Positions 19,813 through 27,673 of a stretch of DNA of 64,000 bases are shown piece by piece. Source of the DNA: Promethearchaeia archaeon (lineage in GTDB: Archaea; Asgardarchaeota; Lokiarchaeia; Sigyniarchaeales; SOKP01). Position 1 is the stretch's first letter. The number at the start of each line of letters is the position of its first letter. Location: the NCBI GenBank assembly GCA_029856155.1, contig JAHQWL010000075.1, positions 55,561 to 119,560 of the forward strand, read 5' to 3'. The translations under genes and the position numbers were made by a program. The notes below the pieces were generated by a model. That model searched no databases. It saw only the letters and a list, made by a program, of their open reading frames with translations, and was not told the origin of the DNA.

Positions 19813-21006
19813 ATGATAGCACCATCCAATGTAAATAAATATTATGTAGGACCTAAAGCTTTATTTGACCCAGACTACATCCCCCCCCACCTATTATATA
19901 GAAAAAAAGAAGAAGATTCCCTCTTTTCTATTTTAAATGATTCAATTTCTGATGAGTTTAATCTCAACATACTCTATCAAGGAATTAATGGTATTGGAAA
20001 GAAAGTAATAGTTAATAAAGTATTAAACGATCTTTTAAACCAAAATAAAGAATTCGTTAAAATTAATAAAATTTGTGTAGATTGTAAAGAAAAGAATCCT
20101 GAAGAATTAATTTTTTTATTGTTAAGTGAAATTAACGGATTGTCAAATCTAAATTTCGATGTCCGACCACTATTAAATTCAGAAATACATCAATTATGGA
20201 ATACGTTTAAGTTCATTTGTAATAGATTTGATTCTCATTTATTTTTTATCTTTAATAACATCGAATATTTAGAACCCGAAATTTTTAATAAATTCTTACA
20301 ATTTGGCAAAGAGTCAAATATAACTCTAATATCTACTGTAAATAAAATTATACAACCTGGAACAATGGAATTATTCTCTGAATTTGATTTGAAAAAAAGA
20401 TTAAATTTTTATAATTATCAAGAGCTTTATTCTATTCTTAAACAAAGAGTATTATTAAGTTTTTCACAGGAAATAGATAGAAACCTAATTAGATACATAA
20501 CAGATTTAATCTGTGAGCAATATGTACCAGTTCCGGGTAAAGGAATTGAAATCCTTCGAGATTTATATCCATTATTAAAAAACAAAAATATTTTAGGCAA
20601 TTTTGATTTATTAGACATTTGTCAAAATAAATTTGACTCTTTTCAAATTTCTGATGAATTTAGTATGATTAACTATCTTTCTGAAGAAGATATATTGACA
20701 GTAATATTTTTAGATAATTTTTCAAATTATTTTATTAGTAAAAATAAATATTATATTTCTATAAAAGATTTACACGAATTATATGAAATTTCTTGTGAAA
20801 CTTTAGAATATGAAAAAAGTATTATTGAATTTCGTAAAATAACCGAAGAATTATTGAATATTGGAATTGTAAAACCATCAAAAAGAACATTTCATAAAAA
20901 AAGTACTCATGAAAATATTAATGGTTTAAATAATGATTCTTTCTTTATATTAATGAATCCTAAACAAATTAAGGTAATTATTGATGCAATTTTTAACCAG
21001 TGTTAA
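19813..21006 (+). CDS. divergent Orc1/Cdc6-family protein with degenerate ATPase motifs
   Basis: LFDPDYIP..L.YR N-terminus, Y...L..IL..R box, C-terminal wHTH; Walker A GINGIGKK and Walker B FNNIE are degenerate. Confidence 0.75.
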   Translation: MIAPSNVNKYYVGPKALFDPDYIPPHLLYRKKEEDSLFSILNDSISDEFNLNILYQGINGIGKKVIVNKVLNDLLNQNKEFVKINKICVDCKEKNPEELIFLLLSEINGLSNLNFDVRPLLNSEIHQLWNTFKFICNRFDSHLFFIFNNIEYLEPEIFNKFLQFGKESNITLISTVNKIIQPGTMELFSEFDLKKRLNFYNYQELYSILKQRVLLSFSQEIDRNLIRYITDLICEQYVPVPGKGIEILRDLYPLLKNKNILGNFDLLDICQNKFDSFQISDEFSMINYLSEEDILTVIFLDNFSNYFISKNKYYISIKDLHELYEISCETLEYEKSIIEFRKITEELLNIGIVKPSKRTFHKKSTHENINGLNNDSFFILMNPKQIKVIIDAIFNQC

Positions 21007-21176
21007 ACATTTCTAAAATCTAAACATGTCTTTTTAAATTTAAGAAAAAAATTCCTTTCAAAGCGATTCCAAAAATCGGAAAATGTAAAACAGATTTTTT
21101 TAATAAGATATCTTATATATTTATAGGTATAATCACACTATTTTTTTATTAATATAGGTAAAAATGGAGATAAATT

Positions 21177-24100
21177 TTGACTCATATTAAAAAAATTTCT
21201 ATGAGTGGTTTCAAATCTTTTGGAGATCGAACAGTAACTATCAAGCTCTCTAGTGGATTCACATGCATCGTAGGACCAAATGGGGCGGGTAAATCTAATA
21301 TAATAGATGCTCTATGCTTCTCGTTAGGCAGATTAAGCAAAAAAACTATGAGAGCAAAAAGCTTAGAGGATCTAATCTTTGCTGGCTCACGAGGTAAAAA
21401 TCCCTCCCAGAGAGCTTCTGTTACATTATATTTTGACAATTCTGATAATGTTTTTCCAGGAGTGACTGGTGATTTTGAGATTACTCGCATTATTAAAAGG
21501 GGTGGTGGGGGAGGATATAAAATGAACGGAAAAAAAGTCACCCGTCAGCAAATACTTAACGCTTTAGCCGCGGCAAATATTGATCCTGATGGTAGTAATC
21601 AATTCGTATTACAAGGAAAGATTGTTGAATTAACACATATGAATCCTGAAGATCGCAGAAAATTTATTGAGGAATTAATAGGGCTTCAAAAATACGACGA
21701 AATGAAGGATGTTACTCTAAAGGAATTAGAAAAAGCAGAAAGAGATTTAGGACAGTTTGAAGCAATCTTCAAAGAAGTATCATCCCAACTGAAAAAAGTT
21801 GAAAAAGAAAAAAATGATGCTTTAGCTTGGAAAGAATTGGATGAGCAAATAAATTTCTTAAATTCACAGTTAATTGCCTTGAAAATTTCAAAATTAAGAG
21901 AAGAAGAAGATGAATTAGAAAAAAAAATTGACGTTTCTTCAAAAATCGTTGAAGAATTGCAAGAAAAAATAAACCGGCAAGAAGATGTATTAAAACAAGA
22001 ATCTCTTGTTATGGATAATATCCAAAAAACTATTACCGACAAAGAAAAGGAAAGAGAGCAAATAACCGAAAATATAACTCAAATAAAAACTCAAATATCT
22101 TCAAGTCAAACAACTTTAAATTTAGATATAAAATCTATTGATAAACTAACTAAAGAAATTGAATCCTTAGAAAGTCAGCAAATGAAACTTGAGGAGGGAC
22201 AGACTTTTGATTCATTAATAGAAAGTGTCTCAAATGAAATTTCAGAAAACGAAGATCATATTGAAGAAGCTAAAAAAGAAATTGAAAAAAGGCAACAAAG
22301 CCAAGCTGAACTAGACTTTAAAATAAAAAATAATGAAGATGAAAAATCCCTTTTTAAAGCAGAAATTTCTAAAATACAACAAAGTGTATCATCTAATAAC
22401 GCTCAAATTAAGGTTTTAAGAGGAAACATCAGAAAAAATGAAGAAAAGAAAGAAAAATTAGAAAACGAATTACAAAGGTTAAAAAAAGATGCTGAAAGCA
22501 TCGATGAGGCTATTGAAGTCACCAAAAAAGCAGAATCAGAAATTAGAAATAGAATAAACCAATTGAATATTAAAATTTCTAAAGAAAATCAAAATCAAAA
22601 AGATTTAGAAAATAACATTAACTCCATCCAAGCAGAAAAGAATCAGCTAAATTCTAAATTGGCAAACTTTCAAGCTACATTGTCCTCTATAAGTACAGAA
22701 ATTAAAATGAATCGTGAGAGCATACAAGAATTAAATGAAAAGAAAACTTCTATAGAGCAAAAGATTACGGATTTAAGTAAAGGTAAAGATGCTGAAAAAG
22801 CAGTAAAGGAATTACTGAGTGAAAATGATATTATTAATAAAGATTTAAGCGACTTAAAAGCAAAATTAAAACAAGAAAATTCAGTCTATAGGAAAAGTGA
22901 ACAAGATCTAGAATTATTGAAAATGAAGAAATATTCTTGTGAATCAGAAATCAGTGATAATAATGCAAAGATTGATAATATTAATACAGAACTAAAAATT
23001 CTTACAAAAGAATTAACATCCATGGATAGAGAGAAAAATAATTTAGAGTTGCAAGTAGATGCTCAAAATAACACTCTTACAGATATTACAAGTTCTACTG
23101 AAAAATTTATTATTAAAAAGGATAATGTACAAAGACGTTTAGAGGATCTTTCACAAGAAAAAGAAAATTTAACAAAAAAAATTGAGTCTTCAGAGGAAGA
23201 ATACGAGAAAAATACAAAAGATATTACAGGAATTCTCCAAATTTTAAATATGCTCACACAGAATATTAATATCTCAGTTGAATCTATTAAGGGTAATATA
23301 CAACAATCAAACGCAGAGGCAATTGAATCTTCAGCAGAAGATTTTAAAAAGTATATATTAGATATCATTGATATTATGAGAACAGTTGAGGATATTGGTG
23401 AAGACAGGGATAAATCTACTGAAATGACAGAAATGCTAGGTTCTATAATGCAAACTTTAAAAATGTTTACTGATAATGCTGATGACACAATTAGTCAATT
23501 AATCGATAAAGTAAAAGAATCAGCTGATATTGAAGTACAAAGTTCAACCTCTACATTTGATAGTTTTATTCAAGATCTAATGGAAATTCTTGAAAATGTA
23601 TATCTCTCTTTAAGAAAACTAACTATGTCTAAAAGTCAAGAACTATACAAACAATTGGAAGAAATTTCAGATACTATTAAATCGCAAACTGATGATTTTA
23701 ATAAAATTGAGAAAAAATTAACTGAAAGTAATATCCAAGAAAAACACCTATCTGAAAATCTTTCAACCTATAATAAAAGACTAAATGAAATAGATAAAAG
23801 AAATACTGAATTAACTGAAAGAATTAAAAAAGGAGAAGAAGCGATTAGTGAAAGAGAGGAAGTAATTAAGACCAGACAATCGGAAGCTAACACATTGGAT
23901 AATGATATAGAGAAATTAAAGAAATTAAAGGATACATATTGGGATAACCTTTCTACAATTCAAGATGATATTGATAAAAAACAAAAAGAATTAGAGAATC
24001 TGAGAGAAAAATTACAAGAATTGCATGGAATCCAGAATTTATTTGATAATATTACTGAAATTGATGATAACATAGAAAAATTGAATAACCTTATTGCAGA

Positions 24101-25628
24101 AAAGAAAAATTTAATAATAAACACAGAAGAAAATATTAAAAATATTCAAGAAGAACAAAACTCATATCAAAAAAAGATTGATGAACTAGTTCTAAAAAAG
24201 CAGAATTTCTGGGAAATAACAGAGAACTTGCGAAAACAAATCGATGATGAAAATAAAGTGCTTGAAGATACAATGGATCGTTTAAGAGCACTTGAAAATG
24301 TAATGAGGATTATCAACTCTATTGAAGATATTAAAAAAGAAAATAATGATGCTAAAAATAGCGTTGAAACTTGCTTAAAGGATATTGAAGGATTAAATTC
24401 TCAGGTTGAAGAGATCCAAAAAAATGTTGATCAAAAACAAGAAGTGTTAGATTCTTTAAGAAATGAAAAAACAGAAGAGTTAGAATCACAGAAAGCAGCC
24501 CAAAAGAAATTAAATAAATTGAATAAAGATTTGCAGAAATCTCAAGGGAAATTGAATGAGTTAAATAAAAATAAAGAAAGAGAACAGAAGATTATTGGGT
24601 TGCATCAAGATATAAAAGATACTGAAGAACAAATTGAATCAATAACAAAAGAATTAGGCAATTTTAAAGAGAATTTGGATAGTGAAAATGAAAAGAAAAC
24701 CGAGAAACAAAAGGAGATTGATAAATTTATACAAGAAAAAGATGAATCATGGAAAAAACAAAAACAATATCAGAAAAATATAACTGACTTAAAATCAGAT
24801 CTCTCTATGGAGAATTCTAAAATCAACAATTTTGAATCAAAAAAGATAATGTGCACTGATCAAATTGAAACTTTATTCCAGCGTTCTAAAGAATATGGGT
24901 CATTACCTCCTGTAACTGACGGACTTTCAGAAGCAGAATTACAATCAGATATTGTAGAAAAAACACAGAACAAAAAAACTCTTGAACCTGTGAATTTAAA
25001 AGCAATTGAACAATATGACACTGTAAAGGAAAGATTTGATGAGATAGATATGAGACGACAAACAATACAGAGAGAAAGGAAATCAATTCTAGATGCTATT
25101 GATAAAATTGAACTAGAAAAGACAAGAACATTCATGAAGGCTTATCACGAGATAAATAGAGAATTTAGTAGGATTTTTCAAAAGCTCAGTCCTGGTGGTT
25201 CAGCAAAAATGATTTTGGATAGACCAGATAAGCCATTTGAAGGAGGTATTAGCATAGAAGCAAGACCAAGGGGTAAAAAAATCAGCTCATTAGAAATATT
25301 AAGTGGTGGTGAAAAAACATTAGTAGCGTTATCTTTTATATTTGCTGTTCAAGAATTTTATCCCGCTCCATTTTATGTAATGGATGAGATCGATGCGGCT
25401 TTGGACGGTCCAAACGTCCACAGAGTCTCTACAGTCATAAAGGAATTTGCTTCACAAGCTCAATTCATGGTAATAAGTCATAGAGAAGAGAATATTGTAA
25501 ATGCAGATAGGATATACGGTGTATCCATGCAACAATCAGGTATTACAGACATATTTAGTGTTGATTTAGAGGAAGAGGCAAAACGTATTTTAGAACTTGA
25601 GGATATTGAGCCAACTATTACAGATTAA
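21177..25628 (+). CDS. smc: chromosome segregation ATPase SMC (atypical: 1483 aa, no recognisable hinge)
   Basis: GFKSF, Walker A GPNGAGKSN, Q-loop LQG, PVN..AIE, signature LSGGEK, Walker B/D-loop MDEIDAALD, ISH; followed by scpA and scpB. Confidence 0.93.
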   Translation: MTHIKKISMSGFKSFGDRTVTIKLSSGFTCIVGPNGAGKSNIIDALCFSLGRLSKKTMRAKSLEDLIFAGSRGKNPSQRASVTLYFDNSDNVFPGVTGDFEITRIIKRGGGGGYKMNGKKVTRQQILNALAAANIDPDGSNQFVLQGKIVELTHMNPEDRRKFIEELIGLQKYDEMKDVTLKELEKAERDLGQFEAIFKEVSSQLKKVEKEKNDALAWKELDEQINFLNSQLIALKISKLREEEDELEKKIDVSSKIVEELQEKINRQEDVLKQESLVMDNIQKTITDKEKEREQITENITQIKTQISSSQTTLNLDIKSIDKLTKEIESLESQQMKLEEGQTFDSLIESVSNEISENEDHIEEAKKEIEKRQQSQAELDFKIKNNEDEKSLFKAEISKIQQSVSSNNAQIKVLRGNIRKNEEKKEKLENELQRLKKDAESIDEAIEVTKKAESEIRNRINQLNIKISKENQNQKDLENNINSIQAEKNQLNSKLANFQATLSSISTEIKMNRESIQELNEKKTSIEQKITDLSKGKDAEKAVKELLSENDIINKDLSDLKAKLKQENSVYRKSEQDLELLKMKKYSCESEISDNNAKIDNINTELKILTKELTSMDREKNNLELQVDAQNNTLTDITSSTEKFIIKKDNVQRRLEDLSQEKENLTKKIESSEEEYEKNTKDITGILQILNMLTQNINISVESIKGNIQQSNAEAIESSAEDFKKYILDIIDIMRTVEDIGEDRDKSTEMTEMLGSIMQTLKMFTDNADDTISQLIDKVKESADIEVQSSTSTFDSFIQDLMEILENVYLSLRKLTMSKSQELYKQLEEISDTIKSQTDDFNKIEKKLTESNIQEKHLSENLSTYNKRLNEIDKRNTELTERIKKGEEAISEREEVIKTRQSEANTLDNDIEKLKKLKDTYWDNLSTIQDDIDKKQKELENLREKLQELHGIQNLFDNITEIDDNIEKLNNLIAEKKNLIINTEENIKNIQEEQNSYQKKIDELVLKKQNFWEITENLRKQIDDENKVLEDTMDRLRALENVMRIINSIEDIKKENNDAKNSVETCLKDIEGLNSQVEEIQKNVDQKQEVLDSLRNEKTEELESQKAAQKKLNKLNKDLQKSQGKLNELNKNKEREQKIIGLHQDIKDTEEQIESITKELGNFKENLDSENEKKTEKQKEIDKFIQEKDESWKKQKQYQKNITDLKSDLSMENSKINNFESKKIMCTDQIETLFQRSKEYGSLPPVTDGLSEAELQSDIVEKTQNKKTLEPVNLKAIEQYDTVKERFDEIDMRRQTIQRERKSILDAIDKIELEKTRTFMKAYHEINREFSRIFQKLSPGGSAKMILDRPDKPFEGGISIEARPRGKKISSLEILSGGEKTLVALSFIFAVQEFYPAPFYVMDEIDAALDGPNVHRVSTVIKEFASQAQFMVISHREENIVNADRIYGVSMQQSGITDIFSVDLEEEAKRILELEDIEPTITD

Positions 25629-25656
25629 TGAAAATATTTCATAGAGGTAGGTAATA

Positions 25657-26664
25657 ATTTCAAAAAATGAACAAAATTCAGTTGAAAAACATAATTTTAA
25701 TGAATGGACTATAAAAGATTTAAGGGAATTTGCATCGAAAAACAACATTAAAATTCCTTCTAAATCTAAAAAAAAGGATATTGTTGAATTACTACAAAAT
25801 ATAACATCTAATCCCGATTTCGTTGATCGATCCCTAGAAGAAGAAATGGAAGAACCTGAAATAGAATTAGTTGCTGAGTTTGATGATGATGAGGATCTTG
25901 CATTATTGAGAAAAGAGAAAGCTGAATTAAAATTTTGGCAAAAACCACCCTTTTCAAGTCTTTTAGATACAGAATTAGCAAAAGAATCCGACATTGCATT
26001 TTATGATTTATCAAAATTAGTAGATACTTTTTTTGATAATATGCTACATGAAGAATTGATTAATTATAAGATTTCTGGAATTGCGCTTAAAACGTCGGCA
26101 TCTTTACATCATTACAAAATCTCAAGTATAATAAAAGAAGAAGAACAAATTCAGAAAAGAGAAGAACTAGAAAAATTCAGACAAAGTCATTCTAGAACAA
26201 TCCCAAAAGCATTACCTCAGCCAATTTCCCCTAAAATGCAAATTGCTACCAAAGATGAACTATTTGATGCTATGCGATCAGCTATTATTGAAGTTATGCA
26301 GAATAAAGAAAAGTTAAAAAGAAGAAGAATGCGAAGAGAAGAGCTTAAAGATCAGAAGATCCAAATGAAGTCTAAAGCACAATTACCCAAAGAACTCTTA
26401 AAACATATTAGTGGAAAGGAGCAAACAGTTGAAGAATTGCATGAATCATGGTACAATCGAATAAAAGCTACCATCAATTTAAACAATAAAGAGACTAATA
26501 TTTATGATTTAATGAATATTATTAAAAATGAAGAAAAAAGTAGTATAGGGCGGAAATTTTCATTAGTACGTATGTTTTTAGCTTTAATGTTTTTATCTAC
26601 TGGAAGTAAGTTATACTTATCTCAAGAGGAAGATTTCCAAAATATTTCAGTAGATATTGGTTAA
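25657..26664 (+). CDS. scpA: kleisin ScpA with N-terminal helix-extension-helix (SAP/Rho-N-like) domain; probable ATT/ATA start
   Basis: Kleisin N-domain (DL..LV..F...SG..L..SA.L...K) and C-terminal wHTH (FLALMFL...L.QEEDF..I). The frame is open upstream of the track's ATG 25846 to a TAG at 25648-25650. Confidence 0.8.
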   Translation: MSKNEQNSVEKHNFNEWTIKDLREFASKNNIKIPSKSKKKDIVELLQNITSNPDFVDRSLEEEMEEPEIELVAEFDDDEDLALLRKEKAELKFWQKPPFSSLLDTELAKESDIAFYDLSKLVDTFFDNMLHEELINYKISGIALKTSASLHHYKISSIIKEEEQIQKREELEKFRQSHSRTIPKALPQPISPKMQIATKDELFDAMRSAIIEVMQNKEKLKRRRMRREELKDQKIQMKSKAQLPKELLKHISGKEQTVEELHESWYNRIKATINLNNKETNIYDLMNIIKNEEKSSIGRKFSLVRMFLALMFLSTGSKLYLSQEEDFQNISVDIG

Positions 26665-26704
26665 AAATAACTATATTAAAAATTATTACCAGAAGTGATG
26701 TGAA

Positions 26705-27658
26705 TTGGAAGAAGAACAGAATGGAGAACCAAATGAGGAAATAGAAAATAATCATGCTAACACTTTTGATGAAGAAAATATAGAAGAATTTGAAGAAGAA
26801 ATTACAGATTTAGAAAATGTGTCTGAAGAAGAGTCTATACAAAGAGATTCAAATGATTCAATAGAAGAAATTGGAGATAATGTCATTGAAGAACAAGAAA
26901 TAGAATCAGAAGATATTGAGAAAACAGAATTAACTGAAGAATATGATAACGAACCAGAAAATCTTCTAATAGAAGAATCTATGGATACGCAAATTGTTGA
27001 AGATGGAAAAATTATAGAAGATGATATGTCAGAAAGTACCATAGTTGATGAAAAAGCATTAGAACTTGATGAAAAAGCTCTTCGTCGAAATTTCATTGAG
27101 GCCGCTTTTTTTGCCGCTGGAGGTCCTTTAACAATAGAAGAGTTATCAAATAAATTAGAATTTTCAAAAAAGGAAGTAGAAAATTTAGTAAATGAATTAG
27201 CCTTTGATTATTTAGAGCGTACTACGTCACTAATAATAGCACAAATTGGAGATAGATATCAAATGCAAATTAGACCAGAATACACAGAAAAGGTATCCAA
27301 ATTTGCAAAAGGGGGGGCAATAGCAGAGAGGTATTTAAGAACTTTGACGATTGTTGCTCTAAAGCAACCAATCTTAAAATCAATGGTGATAAAATTAAGG
27401 GGTAGCGGAGCATATGAGCATGTGAAATACCTTTTAGACAACGACTTCATAAAAGCCGTAAAAAAAGGAAGATCTCACGAACTATCAACTACTGATAAGT
27501 ATGCTGAAATGTTCGGATTGCCAAAAGATATAAGATTGCTGAAACAAGCTATGATTACTCAATTAGGACTTGAAGAAGGAGGAAAAAGTGAGCCTTCAGG
27601 TGAAATTGAGAACGCGGATCAAGGTGAACCTTTGAGTGAAAGTGAAGAAGAAGAATAA
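26705..27658 (+). CDS. scpB: SMC-Scp complex subunit ScpB with acidic N-terminal extension
   Basis: IEAAFFA..P, LRTL..VA.KQPI, RG..AY.HV..L, TT..Y..MFGL. Confidence 0.92.
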   Translation: MEEEQNGEPNEEIENNHANTFDEENIEEFEEEITDLENVSEEESIQRDSNDSIEEIGDNVIEEQEIESEDIEKTELTEEYDNEPENLLIEESMDTQIVEDGKIIEDDMSESTIVDEKALELDEKALRRNFIEAAFFAAGGPLTIEELSNKLEFSKKEVENLVNELAFDYLERTTSLIIAQIGDRYQMQIRPEYTEKVSKFAKGGAIAERYLRTLTIVALKQPILKSMVIKLRGSGAYEHVKYLLDNDFIKAVKKGRSHELSTTDKYAEMFGLPKDIRLLKQAMITQLGLEEGGKSEPSGEIENADQGEPLSESEEEE

Positions 27659-27673
27659 ATTTAGAAAATCTTT

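Noticed and set aside
19628-21176. Replication origin flanking the cdc6-like gene (G-run at about 19758-19767; TTCC..GGAA at about 21067-21081)
   Set aside because: No repeated ORB-like elements, the intergenic regions are short, and the initiator looks inactive.
21182-27450. Numerous antisense ORFs inside smc, scpA and scpB, and similar nested ORFs inside top6B, valS, mcm and others
   Set aside because: Ser/Phe/Ile-rich shadows of Glu/Lys-rich sense genes, with no motifs.
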